From the NCBI RefSeq assembly GCF_963921235.1, contig NC_086101.1, positions 4,962,001 to 5,022,000 on the forward strand: a stretch of DNA of 60,000 bases. The letters run 5' to 3'. Source of the stretch: Mobula hypostoma. Lineage: Eukaryota. The position numbers and the translations under genes were made by a program. The notes below the pieces were generated by a model that did no database searches, was not told where the DNA came from, and saw only the letters and a list, made by a program, of their open reading frames with translations. This document shows, piece by piece, positions 24,401 through 36,400 of this stretch. The first letter of the stretch is position 1. Every line of letters begins with the position of its first letter.

Positions 24401-27400
24401 AGGGTGGAAACACTCCATGTCGGGAGGGTCACCTACCAAAGTCTGAGGGACGGAGTGTGAGGAGGTACCAGAGTCTGAGGGACGGAGTGTGGGGACGGTG
24501 GAAACACTCCATGTTGGGAGGGTCACCTACCAGAGTCTGCGGGACGGAGTGTGAGGAAAGTGGGGACACTCCATGTTGGGAGGGTCACCTACCAGAGTCT
24601 GAGGGACGGAGTGTGAGGAGGTGTGAGGAGGTACCAGATTCTGAGGGACGGAGTGTGGGGACGGTGGAAACACTCCATGTCGGGAGGGTCACCTACCAGA
24701 GTCTGAGGGACGGAGTGTGAGGAGGTACCAGAGTCTGAGGGATGGAGTGTTGGGAGAGTGGGGACACTCCGTGTCGGGAGGGTCACCTACCAGAGTCTGA
24801 GGGACGGATCATGGGAAGAGTGGGGACAGTCCGTGTCGGGAGGGTCACCTACCAGAGTCTGAGGGACGGCGTGTGGGGAGAGTGGAAACACTCCGTGTCG
24901 GGAGGGTCACCTACCAGAGTCTGAGGGACGGATCATGGGGAGAGTGGGGACAGTCCGTGTCGGGAGGGTCACCTACCAGAGTCTGAGGGACGGAGTGTGG
25001 GGAGAGTGGAAACACTCCGTGTCAGGAGGGTCACCTACCAGAGTCTGAGGGACGGATCATGGGGAGAGTGGGGACACTCCGTGTCGGGAGGGTCACCTAC
25101 CAGAGTCTGAGGGACGGAGTGTGGGGAGAGTGGGGACACTCAGACAGTTTTGTGAAGGTGCAGTGGGTACAACTCTGAGCTTTCGTCCCTGTTTGTTTCT
25201 GCAGATGAATTCTTTCCCTGGGTATCCACGTGGGTCACTGGATTCGTTATCATCTTCCTTCTCCTGATCGCGGTCATCATCGGGCTCTACTTCTTCTTTC
25301 AGGGTCTCCAGAGGCACATAGAAGGTAAAAACCTGCCCTGGATGGTGGGGTGCCTGCTTGACGTCCCGTTTTGGGCTTGTGTTAGCCCACGGGAGGCCAC
25401 AGCTCTGCCGCCAGCGGGCAGTTGTCCTGGCCGCATCCTTCACCCCGTGTGGGGACGTCGGGACGGTCCTTTGTCACATGCCGCTCTGCGTATCGGGCTC
25501 CTCCTCCACAGTGGGTCACGTCACGGGGGGGGCGAGGGTCGTGGTGTGGAGCGGAAGGTGGATGGGGGCAGGGGGAGTGTATGTGACCGGTGGGTGGGGT
25601 TGAATGACTGACGGGTGTGAAAATGGAGTGATGAGGGTGGGGCAGAAAGGCAGAGGGGGTAGGGAGGGAGAGGAGAGTGTGGAGTGGGAGGAGGGTGGAG
25701 TTGGGGATGGGTTGGAACGAGGCGAGGGAGGAGGGTTATGGTGGTGGGGGGATCAGAGTGGGGAGAATACTGGGGGTAGGGGGATGGAGGAGCACTGTGG
25801 GGATTGGAGTGGGGGAAGATGGGGGGAGCGAATGCAGGGCATCAAAGCTTGCGGGGAGAATGATGTTGAGAGGGATGATTTATCAGCCATGATAGAATGG
25901 CAGAGCAGATCTGATGGGCCGAATGGCCTAATTCTGCTCCTGTGTGTTCTGGAGAGGGAACGGGGAAGAAGCGGGTGGGGTGCAGAGGCAGAAAGCTGCC
26001 CCCCACCCCACAGCTTGGGCGATTCCAGTTTTGCCCCTGACCTGTTGGAAGCTGTTCTGGGGTAGGGTGGCACGCGGGGGTAAGGCCGTCGGAGGAGTCT
26101 GGGTGGGAGTCGCCCCCACGCCACTCAACCCGTCGAGTTCCCCTCGGTTAATAGTGTCTCTCCCTCTTTCAGGTCTTGAGAAGCGGCCGACCTCCGCAGG
26201 TAAGCAAAGGGTAGGGGAGAGATCGTGCCTACTCAGGATATCCGTGGGTCTCCTGGTCCCTGTGAAGTGAACTGGAGCAGTGCTCGTGCCCTGCAGTGTG
26301 GAGGGGTTGTGTCTGTCAGTGCCCGTGGACTCTGTTTAATCTGACTTGAGCAGTGGGAGCCTTCCCAGCAGTGTTGTCCATCAAACCCCCGGCCCCCACA
26401 CATGTACAGACTGGTGGTAGTTCAGGTTCCTTAAGACCATAAGGTCTTAGAGCAGAGTTAGGCAGTGTATCCTATCGCGTCTGCTCCGCCATTTCCTCAG
26501 GCTGATTTATTACCCCTGCCAACCCCGCACTCCTGCCTTCTGCCCGTAAATATTCACACCCTGACTAATCAAGAACCTGTCAACCTCTGCTTTAAATGCA
26601 CCCAATGGCCTGGCCTCCACACAGCCGCCTGTGGCAATGAATTTCCATAGATTCACCACCCTCTGGCTAAAGAAATTCTTCCTCATCTCTGTTTTCAATG
26701 GACGTCCCTCTATTTTGAGGCTGTGCCCTCTGGTCCTAGACTCCTCCAATATAGGAAACATCCTCTCCACATCCATTCTATCTGTGCCCTCTGGTCCTAG
26801 ACTCTCCCACTATAGGAAACATCCTCTCCACATCCACTCTATCTGTGCCCTCTGGTCTGAGACTCCCCTGTAGGAAACATCCTCTCCACGTCCATTCTAT
26901 CTGTGCCCTCTGGTCCTAGACTCCCCCACTATAGGAAACATCCTCTCCACATCCACTCTATCTGTGTCCTCTGGTCCTAGACTCCCCCACTATAGGAAAC
27001 ATCCTCTCCACATCCACTCTATCTGTGCCCTCTGGTCCTAGACTCCCCCACTATAGGAAACATCCTCTCCACATCCACTCTATCGAGTCCTTTTCAATGT
27101 TTGATAGGTAGGGGCAGAACTGCCCCATGGGCCCACACTGCATCAGCAAGGACCCGGTCCTCTACTGCCCTACGTGGGGCTGTATCTACACCCTTCCCCC
27201 TTCGTTGCCGGTTGCATCCCCACAGTTCACACTTGCTTCCTTTGCCCCGAAGGCAAGGGGGGGCCCAGGTCCAACAGGGCCCCACCGCCGAGGTGGAGTT
27301 GGCGGCTTGATGTTGTGTCCGGAAGCTTCGATCTTTCCCTGGGAGTTTGGCCTGGGTTAGAGGCTGTTGAGCACTTCGGGATGAGCCAGGGTGGCGGAGA

Positions 27401-30400
27401 GGTGGAGGTGCCAGCCGGGGAGGGTGGGAACGGCCGGTTGACCGCGGACGCTGTGTCCCGGCTGTCTGCGGCATGGCTGGTACACGAGCCAGAGTTGTGC
27501 GATCTGGACCTGGGGAGCCAGCTGCTGCCCACACAGCGGGTTCTCCCCCTCACCATGCCGGTGAAGGATCCGCGGGAATGCCAGCGACTGCTACAGTTTG
27601 GCACCAGTGGTGTTGCATGGGTTGTCAGTCAACATGGAACTCGACGTAGCACTGTCTTCGGGACGGGACGCCGGCTCCGGCTTTGCTTTGAGTGGCTATA
27701 GTCACAAGGCCGTGCACGTTTGAGATCAACGCTTTCCTGCTGCAAGATCAGCCTCCGACCACCGCTGATGTGCCCCATTTGTCCAAGGTGACGCGTTTTA
27801 AAGTTCCTTATAGTTGTCAGAGCCGGTGGGGGGGGGCGGGAGTATGGTTGGGGGAGATAGTGGGAACGAGCTCCCACCACCTATTAAATGCTCTCAAAAG
27901 CCTGCGTCTCAAATAGCCTCTGACAACCAAGTTCAGCTCCTGGCCTTCACGTGTGGCTTAGCTACTAAGCCCGGCGGAACCATTTTTACCAAGAGGAAGA
28001 GTAATGGCGATTATGGCTGGTTGTGGACCTACAGTAATTGTGTGTGTCTCTCTCTTTCACCCCCACCCCCCCACCCCCCGGTACTTTAGAATTTTACGAA
28101 CTACAGAGACAACGGGGTGAGTCAACCTTTCATTTAATCATTGGGTCTGTGTCTTGCTCTGCCATGGAGACTGGTGACTAGTGTTCTGCCGCAGAGATTA
28201 GTGCTGGGTCAGTTGTTTTGTCATTTATATCAACGATGCATACCATCTATATCAATGTGGTTAACCGGGTCAGCAAATTTACAGGTGACACCAAGATTGG
28301 GAGAGTAGTGGACAGTGAGGAAGACTATCAGTGGGATCTGGATCAGCTGGAAAATTGGCAGATTAGATTAAATGCAGGCAAGTACAAGGTACTGCAGGTC
28401 AGTAGGATCACCCGAGGTAGGGTTACACGGTGAATGGTTGGGTCGGGCACTGCGGAGTGCAATAGTCATAGTCATAGTCATACTTTATTTATCCCAGGGG
28501 AAATTGGTTTTCATTACAGTTGCACCATAAATAATAAATAGTAATAAAACCATAAATAGTTAAATAGCAATATGTAAATTATGCCAGGAAATAAGTCCAG
28601 GACCAGCCTATTGGCTCAGGGTGTCTGACCCTCCAAGGGAGGAGTTATAAAGTTTGATGGCCACAGGCAGGAATGACTTCCTATGACGCTCTGTGCTGCA
28701 TCTCGGTGGAATGAGTCTCTGGCTGAATGTACTCCTGTGCCCACCCAGTACATTATGTAGTGGATGGGAGACATTGTCCAAGATGGCATGCAACTTGGAC
28801 AGCATCCTCTTTTCAGACACCACCGTAAGAGAGTCCAGTTCCATCCCCACAACATCACTGGCCTTACGAATGAGTTTGTTGATGCTGTTGGTGTCTGCTA
28901 CCCTCAGCCTGCTGCCCCAGCACACAACAGCAAACATGATAGCACTGGCCACCACCGACTCGTAGAACATCCTCAGCATCGTCCGGCAGATGTTAAAGGA
29001 TCTCAGTCTCCTCAGGAAATAGAGACGGCTCTGACCCTTCTTGTAGACAGCCTCAGTGTTTTTAGACCAGTCCAGTTTATTGTCAATTTGTATCCCCAGG
29101 TATTTGTAATCCTCCACCATGTCCACACTGACCCCCTGGATAGAAACAGGGGTCACCAGAGGTTCTGGGAATACAGGTCCTTGGGCCATTGAAAGTGGTG
29201 CCTTAGGTAGATGGGGTGGTAAAGAAAGCTTTTGGCACGTTGGCCTTCATGAACCAATGTATTGAGTAGAGGAGTTGGGGTGTTATATGTTGCAATTGTG
29301 GAAGACGTTTGTGAGGCCTAATTTAGAGTTATTGTTTGCAGTTTTGGTCACCGACCTGTAGGAAAGATGTAATTAAAATTGAATGTACAGAGAAAATTTA
29401 CACAGATGTTGCTGGGACTTGAGTACCTGAGTTACAGGGAAAGATTGAATAGGTTAGGTCTTTATCCCCTGGAGCTTAGGAGAATGAGGGAGATGTGATA
29501 GCAATATGCAAAATTGAGGGATAAAGGTAGGGTAAATGCAAGCAGGCTTTTTCCACTGAGGATGGATGAAACTCGAATTTTAGGTCATAGATTAAGGGTG
29601 AAAGGGGAAATGTTGAAGGTGAATTTGAGGGGGGACTTATTCACTCAGAGGCTGGTGAGAATGGAATGAGCTGCCAGCAGAAGTGGTGAATATGGGACTT
29701 ATTTCAGCATTTAAGAGAAATTTGGATAGGTACGTGGATGGGAGGGCTATGATCTGAGGCAGTTTAGTGGGACTAGGCAGATTAATAGTTCAGCATGGAC
29801 TAGGTGGGCCAAAAGGCCTCTGTCTGTTCTATAGTGCTCTCTGAATTATGCAAAGTTGATGGGGTCAACAAAACTGCTCCAGAAAAAATCTTTCTGCCCC
29901 ATTCCTGGGAGAGTGGAAATGTCACCTGCCAATTTAGGGAGTGAGAACACCAAAAACAAATGACAATTCACTTCTAGCCCAGAACTGAATGACAGAGTCT
30001 CTGATTAATTTTCTTTCTTTTTCAGATTTACTCCAAAAAAAACTGGGTAAGTAGGGGTGTATGTGTGGGAGGGGTTGGTGTGGCACTCTCTCTGCCAGGC
30101 GTACTGGACGCCTGTGTTGTGTGGAATGTCTCCTGTGGTGGGGGAGCCCAGGTGTGGGCCCCCCGGGGCATGATCCCTTCCACGGCTCAGGGGGTGGGGT
30201 GGGGGGGAGGTGAGTTGTAGGTGGCTGGGTAGCTTTGACTGCTTGAGCGTCGAAAGACTTTTAACGATTAACGAATGTTTTCCATGTGCGCACTGAACCG
30301 GCTGGGGTCTAGCCAGACACAGCCCGAGGATGTGATGGAGGCAGCCCACGAGTGTCGGCATGCTTCCCGCACCAACGCAGAATGCCCAGAACTTATCGAC

Positions 30401-33400
30401 CACGCGCCATGGGAGAGTAGCGTTTAGCAGGACGTGTTTACAGCTCGGGGCATTGGAGTTCAATTCTGGCGCCATCTGCGAGCGAGTTTGTACGGTTTTT
30501 TCCCCCCTGTGTGCGTGTGGGTTTCCACCGGGTGCTGCGGTTTCCTCCCACAGTCCAAAGGCGTATTGGTTGGTAGGTCATTGTAGATTGTCCGGTGGCT
30601 CAGCTAGGATTAAATCAGCGGATTGCTGGGTGGCATGGCTCAACGGGTCAAAATGGCGGATTCCACGGTGTGTCGTGACCCCTACTGGGTGAGTGTACAG
30701 ATAGCAGCGGGACTTGAACCCGTCTCACTGGCGCTGTAAATGCGTTGCTGTAGGTTCATGTTCCGGATGCAGAGCCTCGCCTCATGAACCCTGAGTAAAC
30801 TCGAGTGCGGGACAGTCTGTCTCTACGGGCAGATTTAATTTGGGACAGATTTAAATTTTGGTGCAGCAGGTGAAACTCAAAATAAAAAAAACATCGAATG
30901 CCAAGATAATGTAATTGAGATTCTTTAGGGAAGGACGGGTGGTAGTTTTGAAAGCTGCTTGCTGGAGCGTGGCCTTATCAGGAGATGGTCCCAACAGTCT
31001 CCAGTGGGTGGGAAATGTCCCACGTGGAAGAACGGGGCACTTTATTCCCCAATCTCAAAATGTTTTGGAGGAATGGATTATTTAGTTCTACTAATTTGTG
31101 TTTAGCACTGGGCTTGTACTCACACAGACCACAAAATATTACAGCGCAGATCTGTTAACCAACTCTAAGATTAATCTAACCCTTCCCTCCCACATAGCCC
31201 TCTATTTTCTGTTGTCCGTATTCCCAGCTAAGAATTTCTTAAGTGTCCCTAATGTATCTGCCTCTATCACCACTGCTGACAGGGCGTTCCACACACTCGC
31301 CGCTCTCTGTGTTTTATAAATAAATAAATTTACTCTGACATCTGCCCTATTATTTCCTCCAATCACCTTTAAAATGATGCCCTCTTGTATGAGCCACCTT
31401 GGCCTGGAGGAAGAGTCTCTGGCTGTCCACTTAATCTGCGCCTGTTATCACCTCCATTGAGTGCCTTCTTGTCCTTCTTCGCTCCACAGGGATGAGCCCT
31501 AGCTCATTCAACCTTCCTCACAAGACATGCTCTCGAATCCAGGCAGCATCCTGGTAAACCTTACCTTCTCTGCACACTCCAAAGCCTCCACATGCTTCCA
31601 CCAGAAGTCAACAACAGTGTTCCAGGTGCGGTCTGACCAGGGTTTTACACAGCTGCAACATTTTCTTGTGGCTCCTGAATATGCTGGACTTTAGCGGCCT
31701 CATTGAAACCTACCTGATATTAGTCATAGTCAAACTTTATTGATCCCGGGAGAAATTGGTTTTCGTTACAGTTGCATCGTAAATAATAAATAGTAATAAA
31801 ACCATAAATAGTAATTTGTAAATTATGCCAGGAAATAAGTCGAGGACTAGCCTATTGGCTCAGGGTGTCTGACCCTCCAAGGGAGGAGTTGTAAAGTTTG
31901 ATGGCCACAGGCAGGAATGACTTCCTATGACGCTCTGTGTTGCATCTCGGTGGAATGAGTCTCTGGCTGAATGTACTCCTGTGCCCACCCAGTACATTAT
32001 GTAGTGGATGGGAGACATTGTCCAAGATGGCTAATGTTGAAAGGCCTAGATAGTGTGGATATGGAAAGGATATTTCCTGTTAGTGGGGGGAGTCCAGGAC
32101 CAAAGGCAAAGTCTCACAATAGAGGGACATCCCATTAAAACAGAGGCGAGGAGGAATTCCTTTTGCTTGAGCGTGGTGATTTTGTGGAATTCATTTTCAC
32201 AGGTGGCTGAGGGGGTCAAGTCATTGGGTATATTTAAAGCACAGGTTGATGGGTTCTCGATTAATCAGCTCATCAAAGGTTACAAGGAGCAGGCGGGAGA
32301 AAGGGGTTAAAAGGAAAAATAAATCAGCCATGATCCCTGGACTGAACAGCCTATGTCTTGTGCTTTTAAGAATGCCACTGACTCCCACAGCACAGGAATA
32401 CGGGGCTGAGCAAGCTCCGTGCGACAGGCGAGTGTATCAGTCCATTGCAATGTGCGGTTGGTACCCGGCACCGGGGATTTGAGCTCTGCGTCGTAATATG
32501 TACCCTCAGCGGCACTGCGGTTAGCGCAAAGTTTCACGGTGCCGACGATCACCGACCCAGGTTCGATTCCCGCCATGGTCTCTGTGGATTTCCTCTGGGT
32601 ATTCTGGTTTCCTCCACATTCCCGAGTTGCTGGGGGGATGGGGGGTGGCGCGGAGGGTGGAATCTGTGAGAGACGCGGAGTAACCTCAGTGTCTTTTCTT
32701 GTCAGATACGCTGCATGAGGATCTAGGTAAGATGTTGCCTGGGGGAGGGGTTTTTCCTGCCCATCCATTTGCCGCCCCCGTCCGCTGTTGTGTCTCGCAC
32801 TGGCTGCAGTGAGCAGTGGTTGAGTCCGGTTTGATATCACTGGCATCTGTCATGCAGTTTGTGACAGCAGTACATGCAACACATAAGAAAATATATGTTC
32901 CACCAATTTACATATAAAAATGTGCAAAAGTCAGGCACGTGTATATCGCACGTGTATTTTGCACAGTACTGTAGTAACTGACGAAGGGTCTCGGCCCGAA
33001 ACGTCGACTGTACCTCTTCCTAGAGATGCTGCCTGGCCTGCTGCGTTCACCAGCAACTTTGATGTGTCTTGCTTGAATTTCCAGCATCTGCAGAATTCCT
33101 TGTGTTTACTGTAGCAACTTTATGTATTGCACTGTACAGCTGGCACAAAAAAAACAAACTTCATGACAGATGTGAGCGATGATAAACCTGATGCTGATAT
33201 GGGTCTCTGTGGTGGACTGGGAGTGGGAAGGGGGCAGGGAGAGGGAAATCGTGGTTGGGAAAAGGGGGAGGGAGTGGGAAGCACCAGAGAGACGTTCTGT
33301 AATGATCAGTAAACCAATTATTTGGAATGAAATGACCTTGTCTGGTGTCTCAGGGCTTGGCTCAACTACACCCATGCACCCCCACCCCGCCCCACCCCAG

Positions 33401-36400
33401 CACACCTTCTCTGCCACCTGTCCCACACCCCACCCTCGCCATTCTCAACATCCTTTGCTCCTGCTGATTTACAAACTGGCTGCCAGCTCCACATTGACAA
33501 GTACAGTACTATGCAAAGGTCTCAGGAACCCTAGCTATGTATACAGTATGTGCCTCTTCACGGTGGAGGACACATCTAATATGCCAAAGAAAGATGTTAT
33601 GGATGCGATGGGAGGTGAGGACCTCGATATGATAGCTATCACTAAAGAGGTAGTGTTGAGCAGACTAGTGGGCCTGAAGATGAATAAGTCCCCTGGTCCT
33701 GATGGAATGTGTCCCAGAATACTGAAAGAAATGGCAGAAGTTATAGCAGAGGCTTTGGTGATAATTTACCAAAATTCTCTGGACTGGGCAGATCCTGATG
33801 GATTGGGAGAAGGTGAATGCCAGGCCACTGTTCAAAAAAGGACGTAGACAAAAAGCGGGTAACTATAGGCAACTTAGTTTAACATCTGTAGTTGGGAAAA
33901 TGCTTGAAGCTATCATTAAAGAAGACATAGCGAGGCATCTGGAAAGAAATGGATCCACCAGGCAGACGCAGCATGGATTCAGCAAAGGCAGGTCCTGTTT
34001 GAGGATATAACGAGCACAGTGGATAAAGAGGGGACAGTAATAACTTGGATTTTCAGAAGGTGTTCGATAAGGTGCCACATTTAAGACTTATCCATAAGAT
34101 AAGGATGCATAGAGTTGGGGTGATGTGTTAGCATGGACAGAGGATTGGTTAACTAATAGAAAGCAGAGAGTTGGGATACGTGGGTGTTACTCTGGTTGAC
34201 AATCAGTGGTGAGCGGTGTGCCACAGGGGTCAGTGCTGGACCTGCAGCGGTTCACGATATACAGTAACAATCTGGAAGAAGGGGCTGAGTAATGTGTATC
34301 TGAGTTTGGTGATGATGCTAAATTGAGTGGAAAAGCAAATTGCGCAGAAAATATGGCGAGTCTATAGAGAGATATAGATAGGTTAAGTGAGTGGGCAGAG
34401 TACAATGTTGGTAAATGCGTGGTCATCCACTTTGGAAGGCAAAATGAAAGAGCAGATTATGCTCAGTCCTGATGAAGGATTCCGGCCCGAAACGTCGACT
34501 GATCTTTTCCACGGATGCTGCCCGACCTGCTGAGTTCCTCCAGCATGTTGTGAGTGAAAGAGCAGGTTATTGTTTAAATAGTAAAGATTGCAGCATGCTA
34601 CCGTGCAGAGGAACTTGGGAGTGTTTGTGCATGTATCACAAAAGGTTGGTTTGCAGGTGCCGCAGGCTATCAAGAAGGTAGATGGAATGTTGGTCTTCAT
34701 TGCCACAGGGATTGAATTCAAGAGCAGGGAGGTCATGCTGCAACTGTACCTGGAGTACTGTGTGCAGTTCTGGTCTCCTTAGTTGAAGAAGGATATACTG
34801 GCTTTGGAAGTGGTGCAGAGGAGGTTCACCAGGTTGATTCCAGAGATGAAGGGGTTAGACTATGAGGAGAGATTGAGTGTACTCGCTGGAATTCAGAAGA
34901 CTGAGGGGGGAGCTTGCAGAAACATATAAAATTATGAAAGGGATAGATAAGATAGAGGCAGGAAAGTTGTCTGCACTAATGTGAGACTAGAACTAGGACA
35001 CCTAGCCTCAAAATTCAGGGGAGTAGATTTAGGATGGAGATGAGGAGGAACTGCTTTTCCCAGAGAGTAATGAATTTGGAATTCCCTGCCCAATGAAGCA
35101 GTGGAGGCTACCTCAGTAAATATATTTAAAGACAAGGTTGGGTAGATTTTTGCATAGTCGGGGAATTCAGGGTTATGGGAAAAGGCAGGGAGGTGGAGAT
35201 GAGTCCATGGTCAGATTAGCCATGATCTTATTGAATAGCAGAGCAGACTCGACAGGCCAGATGGCCGACCCCTGCTGCTATTTCCCTCGATTTCCTCCTC
35301 ATGGTCCATAAGCAATTCCTTGGTCTTACTGAGTATCTTTGGTAACAAACTAAATCTGCTCAAACTCCTAATGAAATCTAGCTGCTGGCGTACCTTTTCC
35401 GTGTTTGCATCAATACGTTGAGCTCAGGATAGATCCTCAGATAGTGACAACCAGGAAACTTGAAGTTGTGTGTGGATCTTTAACACTTGGCCTATTATCT
35501 TTCAGGAAAGATACGTGTTCTCCCAAAAGTGGGTAAGTCTAGTGATATGGATCTGCTTACAGGAGGTGGGTTGGGGTAAGGCACAGCTGTGGCCATCCTG
35601 GTTATGGAGTTAGACCCAGTGACAATGGTCAGATCTGAGTTGGGAGTGGAAATTGAAGGGGAACTTTCAGGTGGTCCTGTTCCCTGTGCCTCTGACACCA
35701 TCCTTGGTGGGAGCCGGGTCGGGTTCCAGCTGTTGTTTATCGTCATGGAGACTATATACATGGTGTGACCGCCATCAAAATTAACTTGATGCTGCTGTAC
35801 ACACTTCAACATTTTAGCAAGATCTTGCCCCTTGGTGTTTGGTCTTGTTGAACTTTGGCAGATATCCGTCTTAGCAGCAGAAATCCTGTCACCCATTCAT
35901 GTCACCCGGTGTCCCATCAAACTTGCATCCCAACTTTCACTGCTCCATTAGGGTGGCTGTGGTTTCTGCAACCTGGGACCTGGGAGCCTACTCCAGGACT
36001 GAACCCCTCCGCGTTGAGTCTTTGGTCATCTAATTGGATGGAGCAACGTGTCACTGTGCTGTCCCTGGGAATGGGGATGTGGGACCCTTCGGCTATGTCT
36101 ACCTCAGTGTTCATCGCCTTTCGTTCCGTCCGTCTGTCCACCCAGCTGCCCGTCCGTTTTCAGTGCACTACCGCCACGAAGCAACAAATTTCCTGAGATA
36201 TGTCGGTGATAATAAGCCAGATTCTGAGTCACCGGTGGACCATATTAATCCTTTTTTTTTTGACTTTCAGCCATTACAAGAATCAAAAGAGTTGCCGGTA
36301 AGATCTTCTGCTCAGAATGTCTCTGCTGGATTGTGCGTGTCGGTGACCTTCCATTGCAACCTCGCGGCGGGGTGGACGCTGTGATCCATTCAGCCTGTTC

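Noticed and set aside
21170..25141. CRISPR-like repeat/spacer appearance and many short ORFs
   Set aside because: No unique spacers and no cas genes; it is an intronic minisatellite in a vertebrate gene
27094..27701. GC-rich intronic ORFs suggesting a nested gene
   Set aside because: The reverse complement of about 27500-27660 matches the repeat at about 36880-37030, so it is at least partly an old repeat copy
32510..32575. tRNA gene (GGTTCGATTCC B-box)
   Set aside because: No cloverleaf, and it continues into a SINE core, so it is a SINE head
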